Source of the DNA: Neoechinorhynchus agilis
Taxonomy: Eukaryota; Animalia; Acanthocephala
Direction of reading: 5' to 3'
Assembly (NCBI GenBank): GCA_051530055.1
Contig: CM121343.1
Coordinates: 4,186,389-4,250,388, forward strand
Length of the DNA: 64,000 nucleotides
The notes under the pieces are model-generated. The model saw nothing but the letters and a program-made list of their open reading frames with translations. It searched no databases and had not been told where the DNA came from. The stretch's first letter is position 1, and each line of letters opens with the position of its first letter. The translations under genes and the position numbers were made by a program. Of the stretch, positions 37,052 through 50,900 are shown piece by piece.

Positions 37052-38700
37052 GAGGACCCAAAGGTACATGGGTTCAATTCTTGTTATCTAACAAACATAG
37101 TAAACGTGTTATTGTTAATCCCCACCCAAACAAACACCTCTCGACCGGATACTCCCGCGCAAACGAACATATCCCGACCGGACTCGTAATCCACCCTAAA
37201 ATCAACAATCGCATTCATTGAACAAATCAGAACTCGAGTATTTTCACGAGGACCCAAAGGTACATGGGTTCAATTCTTATCATCTAACAAACATAGTAAA
37301 CGTGTTATTGTTAATTCCCACCCAAACGAACATTTCCCGACCGGACCCGTAATCCACTCCAAAATCAACAATCGCATTCGTTGAACAAATCAGAACTCGA
37401 GTATTTTCACGAGGACCCAAAGGTACATGGGTTCAATTCTTGTTATCTCACAAATATAGTAAACGTGTTATTGTTAATTCCCACCCAAACGAACATCTCT
37501 CGACCGGACCCGTAATCCACTCCAAAATCAACAATCGCATTCGTTGAACAAATCAGAACTCGAGTATTTTCACGAGGACCCAAAGGTACATGGGTTCAAT
37601 TCTTATCATCTAACAAACATAGTAAACGTGTTATTATTAATTCCCACCCAAACGAACATATCCCGACCGGACCCGTAATCCACTTCAAAATCAACAATCG
37701 CATTCGTTGAACAAATCAGAACTCGAGTATTTTCACGAGGACCCAAAGGTACATGGGTTCAATTCTTGTTATCTAACAAACATAGTAAACGTGTTATTAT
37801 TAATTCCCACCCAAACGAACATCTCTGGACCGGATACTCCCACCCAAACGAACATATCCCGACCGGACCCGTAATCCACTCCAAAATCAACAATCGCATT
37901 CATTGAACAAATCAGAACTCGAGTATTTTCACGAGGACCCAAAGGTACATGGGTTCAATTCTTATCATCTAACAAACATAGTAAACGTGTTATTGTTAAT
38001 TCCCACCCAAACGAACATATCCCGACCGGACCCGTAATCCACTCCAAAATCAACAATCGCATTCGTTGAACAAATCAGAATTCGAGTATTTTTACGAGGA
38101 CATAAAGGTGCATGGGTTCAATTCTTATCATCTAACAAACATAGTAAACGTGTTATTATTAATTCCCACCCAAACGAACACCTCTCGACCGGATACTCCC
38201 GCGCAAACGAACATATCTCGACCGGAATCGTAATCCACTCCAAAATCAACAATCGCATTCGTTGAACAAATCAGAACTCGAGTATTTTCACGAGGACCCA
38301 AAGGTACATGGGTTCAATTCTTGTTATCTAACAAACATAGTAAACGTGTTATTGTTAATCCCCATCCAAACGAACACCTCTCGACCGGATACTCCCGCGC
38401 AAACGAACATATCTCGACCGGACTCGTAATCCACCCTAAAATCAACAATCGCATTCATTGAACAAATCAGAACTCGAGTATTTTCACGAGGATCCAAAGG
38501 TACATGGGTTCAAAACTTGTTATCTAACAAACATAGTAAACGTGTTATTATCAATTCCCACCCAAACGAACATCTCTCGACCCGATACTCTCACCCAAAC
38601 GAACATATCTCTACCGGACTCGAAATCCACCCCAAAATCAACAATCGCATTCATTGAACAAATCAGAATTCGAGTATTTTCACGAGGACCCAAAGACACA
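37052..38700. repeat. Tandem array of 163-bp and 196-bp units (differing by a 33-bp internal module), 9 units plus a partial one
   Basis: GAGGAC anchor at 37052, 37248, 37411, 37574, 37737, 37933, 38096, 38292, 38488, 38684 (spacings 196,163,163,163,196,163,196,196,196). Confidence 0.96.
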
Positions 38701-40409
38701 CGGGCCCTATTCCGTTTGGATTAACAAATAAACGTATTATTCGGGGGTGGTGTTCGGCGTTGCATACCGGGGACGCCCTAGCCGTTTCTCGATTCATTAT
38801 ATTGCTTTCCATTAATAAAAGAATGGAGGATAAGGACTCTAAGCCCCGTCGAGCGTTACTGTGATCTCCTCCCATGACTCCAGATCTTGTACGGCAGTCC
38901 GCATTGTCCATGGTAAAACTAGATGTTGAGACAATGGTGAGAATGGTTACATAGTTCAACGGATTTACAGTCTTTACTGACTCTGGTTCTCTTTTGCTTA
39001 ATAATGTTCAGGGTTCCTAACAGACCTCCCCGTCAACCGTATCCACGAAGGGGTCTCGAAATCTAAGTACTCTACTTCACTACGGGGAAGCGCGGTTGAA
39101 ATTCTGACGCCTCAGAATGAACGTATAACCGTATGGATAGAACGAACAAAGAATCCGTTTCGTGGTAAATGGGAACCAAATATCATAAGGATAATTGCCG
39201 ACCGTAGACGGAAAGGAACTAAACTAACATGCGCCATACCAAATGGAAGGGCCGAAATTCCGTTTTGAATTTTTGGTAGCCGATCAATATTAAAATGTGG
39301 GTCCACGAGCATCCTTTTATGGTACGAGGGCAGTATATAGGGCGTGTAGCGTCCGAATAGACTGCGATTGTTGCATAGCCTCAGTGAAAATCTTTCAATA
39401 CGAGGATGGAGCAATTCAATGAGAAAGCTCTCTAGAAACAACTGGTGCAGAATAGGTTATTTTTGGATTTAAAGACGAGAAAAGCGTGAATTTGTGATCG
39501 ACAGAATGCTTGATCATTTTTGAAACCAAGTTTGTTTGTATACATTATTGATTTTCAGCATGCAATTAAATGGATCGACAAATTGTATTTAAGTAAATGG
39601 ATAGATAATTTTATTAAATATATTCGGCGATTATGTTGACGGCTAGGTTCTGTTTCCCATGATTACATCCCAATGGAAGATTGCCAATTGTTCCGGCAAG
39701 AAAATTGCGACCTGAAACCGGCTAATGGTAAGCCATCATAGAGAAGAGCTCACATTAAAACACGAGGCGCCTTAGGCAGTGGATGCAACTGAGCCGGAGC
39801 TTCCTAATGTTTGATCCTTGACACCACCACATATTTCATAATGATTGCACATTACCACTGGATCGAATATTACGACCAGGTTGACGCATCTCGGCTTTCC
39901 GATAAGGAATCTCTTTGGTTTCTGCAGCCCAGGCTGTCACGCTGTCATACAGATACTTGAGCGTATCAAGTGAGTTTTGATGAATAAGAGCTAGAGACAA
40001 CAAAAGGCCAACGTTCATGTTGTCTATGTATCAAGTTTCATCCGACGAACGTCTATTGCTCATCTTATGGAATGCAGTAGTTGCTCACGGTGCTTTAAGA
40101 GTTTTGGCGTCGCATCAGGGATGAACAACAGCAACAAAAGGCGGATGCGGTGTTGCCTGATGGGTAACATAATCTCTCGCTCATCCAGATTTGTGCATAA
40201 AAGACAGAAAAGTGAGCAGCTTTACTATCGTCGCTTTCTTCACGTTGGGTTTGCTTGTCTGTGCCGCTCAAATTGGTAAAATTCGACAGATCCGCGTTTT
40301 CCTCATAGACCTGTCTTAGAAAACCTGCAAGTTTGCCTTTTGGCCAAAAATCTATCACCAGTGAGTAGGTTTCATCATCCCAATCAAATTGGGATTTTGT
40401 TTCATTCAA
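38663..40409 (-). CDS. Uncharacterised multi-exon gene, head-to-head with MEF2
   Basis: Consecutive minus-strand ORFs 40095-40409, 39836-40018, 39112-39441 and 38663-38959 separated by short gaps. No family recognised. Confidence 0.45.
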
Positions 40410-40481
40410 AATGCGGATGTGTGACTGTACATTTAGCTAACAAAAGTGACCGACCGAATTCGCCGGCGTATCAGGAAATCG

Positions 40482-41774
40482 ATGGGGAGAAAAAAGATCC
40501 GTATATCACGAATATCAGACGAACGAAATCGTCAAGTGACCTTCACAAAGCGTAAATTTGGTCTCATGAAAAAAGCCTACGAACTATCCATTCTTTGCGA
40601 TTGCGAAATAGCCCTTATTATATTCAATAATGCCAATAAGCTATTCCAATACTCAAGTTCTGATATGGATTCGGTGTTGCTGAAATATACGGAATGCGCA
40701 CAACCACAAGAAAGCCGCACAAATGTCGATATCAACGAGGTAAATATCAACAAAACCAGTCGATTTCAATATCAGGCTATTTGGTCTATTATTAGATGCT
40801 AAAGCGCAAAGAGCAAAAATATTTTCCTCTGAATAACCTGCCGAATTTCCCCAATTTAATTGTATGCGACGAAGATCCAGTTGAATGTAATTTAAAGGAA
40901 ACTGAGTCACCTTTGTCACTTCCGAACCAACAACCATTTTACATAACCACAAACATGGGTCAATGGAACACGCATGAGGGTTCTAAAGTCCATTCCGGGG
41001 TTAACCATGGATCGTTGTTCTCGAATTTCACGGACTGTCAAATTGGATATGCTGAAAACAATCGTGAGCAAGAAGCGAAATTATCACCGGTACGAAACGG
41101 GCTAAGTTCCTCTTCTCGCAACTCAGATGTACTTTAAGATGTTATTGGAACTTTTGGATTGCATACTGAAACACACGGACGATGAGAAGCTGCTCTGCAT
41201 GAAGAATACAGATAGTACGCAGCGGTTATGAAGCACTGTTCAAGAACTTCTTGGCCGTTTTTTTATGGGCGTAGTTTTGTTATAGTGAAACGAAGCCATG
41301 ATAGACGTTTGAACTCTAATCTGAATTTTAAAGGTTAAGACGATAGCCGTTTTAAGCAACACAATCGAGTAGAAGAAACAAGCATTCTAGATGAGATTAT
41401 CACTCGCGATTTTGTGTAAATTTGCGATAATAACAAGCAGTTTGCTGCTATATTAAATGTTACCAGTACACATCAGACTATGCCACTGCCACCACCACCA
41501 CCACCGCTGCCGCTCTACAGCTCTTCCTACTCGATATTAAACTGCCGTTAAACGCGGATGATAAAACAGCAACGTTATGAATATTTAATCTAGTCATCAT
41601 ATGGACTTAGTTCGTTCACCTTTCAATTATTAAGGAGCTTCTTCGGTTCGTGATGGATTATCCGCCGCCGCCGTTGCCGCCGCCGTCGCCGCAGCCAAAC
41701 AATGCCCTCAGTTCGATAATTTCGTCCTCAATTTTAAGACAGATCCGCTAAGTCATTATTGTCAAAGCTGTTAA
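40482..41774 (+). CDS. MEF2: Myocyte enhancer factor 2 (MADS + MEF2 domain); 3' end approximate
   Basis: [80 protein letters not shown]. Conserved intron position 40740-40795. Pro/Ala-rich downstream exons. Confidence 0.96.
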
Positions 41775-41886
41775 CAGCAAAGTGTCTCCGTCGCCAGGAT
41801 TAACTTACAAATGTAAGTAAAATCATGTTATACTAGTCAGCATTGAAGGGAAATTTAGCTTGGATGAAATGAATTTACCGTTCAGA

Positions 41887-42949
41887 TCAAATACTAATGA
41901 TTTTGATAGCGTTCAGAAATTCACTTTTAAATTTTTTTAGCTCTGCATTCAGATTTTGTAAAGTCCCTTTTTCTAAAGCTTTGCATTTGAGTTCTTTAAA
42001 TTTCGAATTTATCGAAGTGCGGTGATGATGACAGCAAAGACGAGGAAAAATTAAAGTATAGAGCTTACGATTTACAATCACCAAAACAACGCGTGAAACT
42101 GCTCATAATTTAAATAAATTTCTTATAAATCGTGGTTCACGCGAAACTTCAGCTTGGCCTGATCGTGGAAGCAACTCATTTTTGCAAAGGACTTAAATTT
42201 TGCAGTTCGAAGAAATTCAGTAAGTCAATCGTTTTAGTTTACATCAATCCATATTCTGTTATGGTCAACAAATCTCAATTATCTGCTGATGTATATGCAA
42301 CATTTGTATTCGAAATTAAACTCGTTATTAAACTCGCATTTAAAAGAATGATGTGTTGTTTTGTCGAAAATATGGTCTTGCTTGAAGTTCTGTTTCGCTG
42401 CCTGAACAGTTCAATTATTTGATTTATTGTGCGCTTATTAGTCTATATTTTGACTCAGTTCGGAAAAACGTGATCAAATTATCCAATGTGTTCTTCGTCG
42501 ATTTGAAACGACTAAAACGGAATACAGTTCTTAATGTCATTACTATTCAACTTCAGTACGCAAACTAGAATTCGTCAACTTAAGCGTTCCTAACATTTGA
42601 AATCTGACAACACTAGGACGATTTCTCGATGGTTTGATGAATAAACCGGAGGGTTCGACACCTTCCTTTTGATCGCTTGACTTAAAAGTCGTCTAAATTT
42701 AAGAATATACATTACTCTTATAAGCTCACTAGTATTCTCGATCGGAAACAATTGGTTGATGGTTTTCGAAATGCATTTATTTTGGACGGACTAGGGACAG
42801 TCAGACTTTATTGTAGACGCAGTTCTGAATCACCTGTGTCCTGTATGGTCTACAGATATATTTTGGTGTCCATTGTCATTCACTGTTTGACACCGGCGCG
42901 ATATCCACCGCTTCCGCCCATCATCTATTCGTTTTACATAGGCCGACAT
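41887..42949 (-). CDS. Possible uncharacterised multi-exon gene
   Basis: ATG at 42949 (MSAYVKRIDDGRKRW...) with an AG|GTGATT..CTAG intron splicing in frame to SPSKNKCISKTINQLF...HREIVLVLSDFK. Further open segments extend to 41887. Confidence 0.35.
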
Positions 42950-43003
42950 TCGATACCCAGAAAATCAAGGGATGAAAATGTTAGTATCAACTTTCCTCAC
43001 TAA

Positions 43004-44281
43004 ATGAACCGCTCCAGCAATGGCAGTCAGCTGTCGTCTATACTTTTAAAGTATCAATTCATTGGTCCAACCGTGACGGTCAACGCTAGTTCTCTACCAG
43101 TGCTCTCTCTCTCGATATTGCGGTGTTATAAAAAAATAAAAGTTTTCAGAATCTATCAAAAAATTAGTGTCACTGTAAGGACGTTCTCGTTTTCTCCTTG
43201 AAATTGAAGTGTATTCTGAGCATTGGACTTTTTTGATCCCTCGCCAAAATGGCGACAAAATCTTCTCAAAACTTTCAGACATTTAGTCAACATTCCACCG
43301 AAACCAAAGTCTACTGTGATAAGAAAGGCGATTGAGACTATGCTCACAAAACTGAAATGGTGCGTCCAGCTTCTTGATCTCGCATTCCGTCAATCCCGAT
43401 CACACACAAATAGAGTTTTATAAACATACTGCAAAGACTTTGGATGAGTATGGTATTTGTTGAGCAATGCGTGCTACCTAATGATTCCTCACTAACTTCA
43501 TGGATGCCGTTTAATTTGGCAACCACTTCAAAACTTAAGACTATTGAGGTTTTATGTGGACGACGAGTGACTATGAGATGTGCTCACAATGTATCCAGCA
43601 GCAAACAGGTTTTTACAAAGCAATGTCTCAAGATAATAAGCGAATAGGTAACGTGGGTGCGATACGCGAACAATGAAAAGTATCCAGAGGTGCTATTTGT
43701 TGGCTGTAATCAACTTACAACTGATGAACGTTTCGAAATATGCTGTCCAAAATGCCGTCGTGCTCATCAAAAGTGGGCGCTTACCATTTCGGCAACACTG
43801 CCAATGGACAATGGAATTTATGCTTGCAGAATATCCAACACTAACCATCGCCGCATTTTTCATTTAAATGTTCAAGGCTAGTTTACACTTTTCTGCGATT
43901 CTAATTTAAAAGAACGCACTAGAGGCCGGCTGCATCGACATTTGGTGGAAGGAGTATAACCGAGAGCGTATGAAATATTTGGAAATTAGTTGTATTGTGT
44001 ACAAGTCTCCCTATCAAGTGAATGAAGAAATACGAATGCTCTTTAACAATTCCGTTATTTCATTGGTATCTTCGAGAACCCGAACGACCACATCGGTTCA
44101 TAGACTAATGATTCTCAAGACAGTTATTCTACAAAATGTCACCGAATCGGACTCAGGGCGTTACGAATGTGTCTATCCAGGTTATCAGACTGGATTTGTA
44201 GTCAAGTTCAATAGAATTGCACCACTTCAAACCCGTGCTATTGTTGGCATTGTACACTGCTTGGTTTTTTTTATTGTATGA
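43004..44281 (+). CDS. Two-Ig-domain cell-surface protein (Dpr/DIP/lachesin-like); 5' end unresolved
   Basis: Ig1: VTMRC...VLFVGCNQLTTDERFEI...WALTISATLPMDNGIYACRIS. Ig2: LEISC...VILQNVTESDSGRYEC. Hydrophobic C-terminus AIVGIVHCLVFFIV* (GPI/TM-like). Confidence 0.72.
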
Positions 44282-44419
44282 TTATAAGAATTAAAACTAA
44301 ATTAAGTCTAGGAATGTGTTAGCGCACTAATAACGGATTGCAATCATTATTTTTATATTTTATTATAGGTATAATCGTGGTGAGTTAAGGAGACACTCGT
44401 TACAAGATTTATATCCGAT

Positions 44420-45407
44420 AACCCAGCGTTAGATTCTAAAACTTGGCAACCTAAAGTTTCCAGTAACTAAGCAAAAGTGGCCTTCAATATCTCCGCTTCG
44501 TGTATTCGGCACTATCTAACACCTTGATGAGTCTTGGAAACATTGAACTTTAGTATTGGATGGTTTGTTTTTTCTAAACATCGATTGCTAACACATCCAG
44601 TTACTTCAAATTGAACGTTTCAATGTAAACCGATTCCAAATTTTCTATTTACATAAAATCTGAGCACGCCAGTCATAAATTTGGGTACGAGCTCCAACCG
44701 TTTCGCATAATAGGCACGCACTTGCGGCATAGACTAATCCGTTAGGGCGAAAAGGGTAAATGATCATAGAGGGTGCGTTATTCCGAGTTGCCGGTTACCT
44801 TTTCTGCGGTTAGAGGAATGGCATATTTGCGTATGGCGTAGTACCTTATCTTTGTGCAGATCTAACCAAGGAACCTCGTTTCCTAGTAACAGCTAATGGT
44901 TAGATTTTTAGAAAACGTTTGGGTCATTATCACACCTTAACCATCATCCAGGCTGCTCAGGAACTCCCCTTGGTTAATAGAAGGCAGAAGCGGATCATGT
45001 TCAGAAACGCTACAACCAGCGTTGTTGACCAGCACAATCTTACTTACAGGGTTCGTAACACTGTACAGATCCGGTTATCCAACAGTATCAATTTTTTAAA
45101 TTGGTTCTTTAGTTATCGCTGTTTGAGAGACTGTTTCATGCACGCAACCAATTACACGCCACATACCACGATGCCGATTCTCAAATGAATCCGGCACGCC
45201 AAACCACTAGGGCCCAAAATTAAGATCATACGTAACCTTATTTCGTACCCAATGTTTACTCCTTTGTGTATGATAGAGACTTGTTGGTTTCCCGCATATC
45301 CACCGATAGATTAATTGGTCCCTCGCCCGTGTTGTCGTTTGTTTTTTGCGTTTACCCATAGACCGGCGAACTCTAGTAAACTTACCGAGGTGTAGAAGGT
45401 GCACCAA
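44420..45407 (-). CDS. Possible uncharacterised gene (splicing not resolved)
   Basis: Protein-like open segments (VTNPVSKIVLVNNAGCSVSEHDPLL; MIIYPFRPNGLVYAASACLLCE), but I could not build a consistent spliced frame. Confidence 0.22.
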
Positions 45408-45426
45408 TAAAGTTGACCTAGATAAA

Positions 45427-47094
45427 ATGTCATCGTCAAGAAGGTTCAGTGAACCGCCAATTCCGGATAATTTCTCCCCAATCGCTATTGGCGCACGAAC
45501 CTGCTATTGTCAGGTTAGTCGATTTTCACAAAATTTAATCGACATCTTCATGAGATAAAAGGTAATTAATACTGATCTGCATTTAGAAAGAACATGTATT
45601 TTCTCATAAATTGGGACTTAAATTTACAATTTTCGTCCAGGTTAGTCCTACAATCATCTAATGTAAAAATAACTTGACCATTTAACGCATTTTAAAAGAA
45701 TGAGGTTCAAGTACAGAGCAGAGGTTGTTGCATCATGACAATTCACGACGTCGGAACCACTCGTTAGTGCCATTTTCGTATCTTCAATGATTCATTCTTT
45801 AATGCCAGACGCAGAATTTCACAATTTCGTTAACGATTCCACAACAGTACATCTTAGGAACCGTATCGTATGGCTCCATGTAGAACTCCCAGGCCAAGAA
45901 GACAATGCTCCGGATTTAAACATAAGGTGAATTAATTTGCATCGTAAATATTGTTATATCAAAGTTTAAGCAAATATCCGTCTCTGGATGATTTGGCCCG
46001 TGAGCTAGTCGTTATTCTTGAGGCTGCTAAAGTACCTCATCCCGTGATTATGGGTGAGGGAATAGGCGCCAACATCGCGGCCAGGTTTGCAATGTTATAT
46101 CCAACATCTTGCTTGGGTCTGATTTTGATCAAGCCAACCGCAACGGCAGCCGGACTAAAAGAAGCGTTTCTTGATAAGGTAAATGAATGCTTCTTGTTGT
46201 TTTTCACTGAAAAATTGTTAGATTTATCAATGGCGACTATCGAATAAAGGAATGGTGCCACAAGCAGCAACCTACCTTTCATGGAATACATTTGGCGAGG
46301 TATTTGTCCAAATTTCAAATATAATGAGATTCAATACTTTGACAGGCCCATGAAAAAATGAAAGGCAAAGATAAACCGAGGCGTAACACGACTCCGGCGG
46401 TATGTCGCAATTCCCCCATTTGTATCATTACTACATTTGATGTCGATAGGAAGATGCAATTCAACGATTTAGGGATGATTTGGCTCACAAGCGCAACCCA
46501 AAGAATCTCGCTCTTTTCTTCGGAGCTATTAAAAAGTATTTTTCAATGTAGCCTTTATATTTGACTAGAAATATAAATTTTAGCCGGACGGATATAACCG
46601 ATAAAATGCACCTGATCAAGTGAGTACCGTTGTAGGGATTTTGAACTCTCCAAGTTTCTTCAAAGGTGCGATGTTCTTGTTGTTTGCGGTCGCCAAACCG
46701 CAGTCCTTCATACAACCGAGAAATTTTTTGAGAAATTTAAAGAAAGTCGCCAAGAACAAGATAACACTGTGCGAATGTTTGAAAACAGTACTTTGATTGT
46801 ATTTGACGACGTCTCGAATGTTCTAATTGAAGCGGTGAGTGTGCAATATCTTACCTTTTGTGGAAATTGAATCGATTGAACATTTTAGTCAGACAGACTT
46901 GCTCATGCAGTACAATATTTTCTTCAAGGGATAGGTCTAAGTAAGACATTTTGGTGGGTTATATTCCATAACATCACTGATATTTAGTCTCAGGCGTTCC
47001 ATTGGTGAAAGGGTTGGAAGGTTTGGGAAGGAGGCACAGAACATTTTCGATGGCACAGGCGGACGAACCAGTATTACCGCAATCACGTAAATAA
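45427..47094 (+). CDS. NDRG-family alpha/beta-hydrolase-fold protein (ZK1073.1-like), multi-exon
   Basis: MTIHDVGT, WLHVELPGQEDNAPDL, YPSLDDLARELVVIL, MGEGIGANIAARFAM.YP..CLGLILI, LAHAVQYFLQGIGL, terminal RHRTFSMAQAD. Confidence 0.85.
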
Positions 47095-47960
47095 GTTTGA
47101 TTACTGCCGTCAGAAGTGCTTAGTTATATATCAGCTGCTTGTGTGTTTTTTTGTGCGTAATTGGGGATGGACAAATCATAATTATACGCGCATCCGCAAT
47201 TTAACTAATATCCAACGAAGCAATGCACCTGATTGAAACATTTCGAGCTTAAAAAAGAATTATCGGGATTTATACGCTGTTGCGTCGTTGACGCCGAATA
47301 ATATTAACGGTTGAAAAAGTCTAGTATTTATGCTTTCCTACGAGTACATCTCATAGTTAATTGGCAATATAGTTGTATTTGCAATTCCAATTTTCTCTAA
47401 AGTATAGAAAAACGGCATGAATTCCAAGTAATCTCTTTTGTGTGACATTGTAAATATTTATTTTGAAAGGTCTAATAGTCTGTCTAATGTGCATAAGTGG
47501 ATTACATGGTATTTGAATTTGATTCCATCGCACTCAGAATTCTAGACATGTGAAGAATAGCTAGCATGGTTGCGGGAGCGAATAAAATCTCTTAGTCCTT
47601 GTTTTTCAGCTACATCCATGCATTATACAGAGGTTTAGTGCATGTCTCTTAAAATCGATAAAGCGTTACTCGACTCCAAGAGGTGAATACCAAGACTTCC
47701 TTTTCTTATTATGAATTTTGCAACGAATCAAATGCCGGGAAAAACATCAGTGCACGCCTGAAAACATGCTATGTGCCCACAAGTGGAGCGCGAATTGCAT
47801 TTTTGAGGACGCTTCCGTAAAAGTCGATGTAGCGACGGGTATTCTAAGATGAAGTAATAAATCTTAGAATGCAATCGAGTCTACTGTTTACTTCAAAGTA
47901 GCCACATATAAATTATGAAATTTTAAGATCCGACGAAAAAAAACCAAATCAGAATGATAC

Positions 47961-50900
47961 ATGCTGGTTTCATCGTCAAGCAGTGAAGAAGATGTCATTG
48001 ATGCCATAGAGCAGTTCAATTCAAGCAAAAGTAATAGCAGCGAACTGGCTGTGTGTGACAATAGGAGACACGAGAGTGATCATCCAGATACGATTTGTAA
48101 CTCAACAAAAAACAAAATGGATCCCAAACAGGATACTTGGACTTCTGGGTTCACTTGTCCAAGTGAAAAGAACTCACATGAGTTAATGTCGTTCCGTGGC
48201 GATGATAACTCATGCAAATTACACGAGAATGCATACAGACAAAAGGTAGTTGCTTATGTTCATCTATGCCGATGCATTGCGCATCCCTTCAATGTAAGAC
48301 AAAAAGAGGATTTTATATCAAAAGGATGCAAAATAACGAATGTACATCTACTAGAATTAATCAGTAACTTCAATCGATTTTTAAATACTGATGATAATCC
48401 GAAAGATGAACTGTTTAAAATCGTTAAAGTTTATACCAGGTATCCTCAATTTTTCCTAAAGAATTGAGGGCGCCGGATTTACACGGAGACGGTGCTAAAA
48501 TCAGTCGCGATCTCAAACATGGTCGACAAAGGTGCCTTTTGTTTTAATGATCTTCGTGAAATATTCCAAGCAATGACCATGGCAAACGTGTCCGATTCTA
48601 CGGCTGAAACTTTCAGCGAAAGGAAATTGAAGACTACATCGTGGCTTATAGATTTTACGTTCATTAGTAATTTTAACGAGTTTGAAGATTCGGATCAATG
48701 CAGCAACAAAATGTCCAACCATGCTCGTTATTCAGACTCGGCTCTAAATAAGGAAAAACTGTATGAAATGTTCCAAAAAGTATTATCAATATCCAAATGC
48801 GAACATATACTTATTTCCAAACTGACACAAGTAAGCTTACACAAAAAGCATCTTAACTCTTCGCTTACTTTCAGCTGAAATGGTAGTATTTAAAGAATCG
48901 TGGCTAAAAAATTCTTAACATAGTTTCATTTACTGCATTGAACGTATTTCTTTCATTAATAACCAATTGTTTGTTTCAATTCGTTTGGACCGCGACTTCA
49001 ACTTCATCCTCATTTATACAATTTATCATAGAGAGATGATAGAGGTGGAATTGTGGTGATCATAATCCCCTGGATAAAACATTTTTAATTGTAATGACTG
49101 ATGAGACGTGGCTTTTTGAAATATTTTAATAAAATTTGTTTTATCCGGGCGATTATGATCATCAAAAATCTCTTTCAGACAATTTGATGAAAATCGGTTT
49201 TCACCTATAGAATGAAAATGCTGAGCTGTCATTAATTACACACGGAATCTTTATCTGGAAAGATCAACAAAGAGACTGCTTAAATGCAGCCGGAAAAATA
49301 TAGATCGTATTTAGTAACCTTATCGGTTCGCGTGATTTGCGATCTAGATTTTATGCACAATCGAACAATTTCCTTTTTTCATCTTTTTCCCTATTTATTC
49401 TTGAAATTTAATCCTCATTTATTCTCACAATTAAGCAGAAATCGCATCCCCTTCCTTTTTCCGATGTATTTGGGTACTGAATATTTTTTCGAAAACGCTA
49501 TCAGCACTCCGACTGATCATTCTGAAAAGTCTGTTTATTTGTAAACTTCTCAGAGTTGTACATCATTTCAACTGTTTATGTGAGCAGTCTTGCCATGACA
49601 ATGCATTATTTTTTAATTCTCTTTTGATCTAAAGCTGGATGACATGGATGAGCAAGCGGTAACTATTAGACGAGAGATCGATTACAAGAAAAAGCAATTA
49701 GAACTGTTAGAAAATGTACGTTTCACTGTACTTTTATTCCAATGGACAGATAGATCTACACATACCTTCAGGGAAAGTGTTTGTTGCCCAGCTTTTCTCG
49801 CAAAGGAATGGAAGTGACCTACATTAAAGAGTGCAATGAGAGTATTCAGACACTCGTTCAGAATCTTGAACGGATGCCTATTTCCAAGGATACCGATGCA
49901 ATTATGAAGCTTACAAAGTCACGCTGTTCAAGGTATGTATTATGTTGGATTCATAAATTAAAAAATCATTTTCCCTAGAGATAGCAGTATAGTTCCAAAC
50001 ATCTTTTCTGTGCGACGAACTGAAACTAAATCACCACACAAAATGACGCTTCCTGTTCAGGTTTCAATATAGTCGATTATCCTCCATTTCGGGGTTACAG
50101 CATAAACTGTTTAGATAACAATTCATGAGTTGCGTGGGTTTTGTAAGTCTAAATTTGACCCATGTGAGAACATTTATTGCTCAATGCAAACCGATGGTTG
50201 TGACCGTCTTAGAACAGAATCTGCTCCAATGGATAATCCAAGGTTTGTTTCTACTTTTAAATGGAAACTCAGCCCTAACCAGCCGCGGTTTTGTAAGGTG
50301 GAGCACCCAAGGCGAGTTTGAGAGTCCTTACGTTCTCTCAACAATTAAAATCAAACTATATTGTGATAATAATCGAATATTATTTGTCGATGGAAAAGAA
50401 ATAGCTAGTGTACAATTGATGAACGTAACCATTTCTGCTAGAGTTGTTTAATTTTTAGGCAGCAATAAATGTGGAACCTGGAATTAATCGGAAAAATTTG
50501 TGGGTTACGATGAAAATGGCAAATACATATTCAGATGATATCGCTATACGTATCGACATACGGGTTACAAATCCCAGCAATCTTAAAATGAACGGGTTTA
50601 TCAAAACTGTTCGAAAACCCATTCAATTGTTTCAAACTCTTAGGTGGTGCTTTGCAGTTGGTAAAACATGCTGGCGCAGGTGGAAGAAGCGCTATTTCGT
50701 CTTGATTCAGGTAATTGTGGACCAAGATTTAAGAATAGGTTGAGCCATTGTTACAATTATGCCGAATTTCCCTCAGCAAAAAGTGTATTCGAATAAGCAA
50801 TGTCTAAACTTCCCATGATTATACATTTTGACAAACGAAGGGCGTGACTTTTTACCATTGGCTTATAGCATTTTTCTAAATTTCTTTAGTTGCGATCCAG

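Noticed and set aside
35101-49080. COE binding sites (TCCCNNGGGA) linking COE to neighbouring neural genes
   Set aside because: Only mismatched versions were seen, several of them inside repeats.
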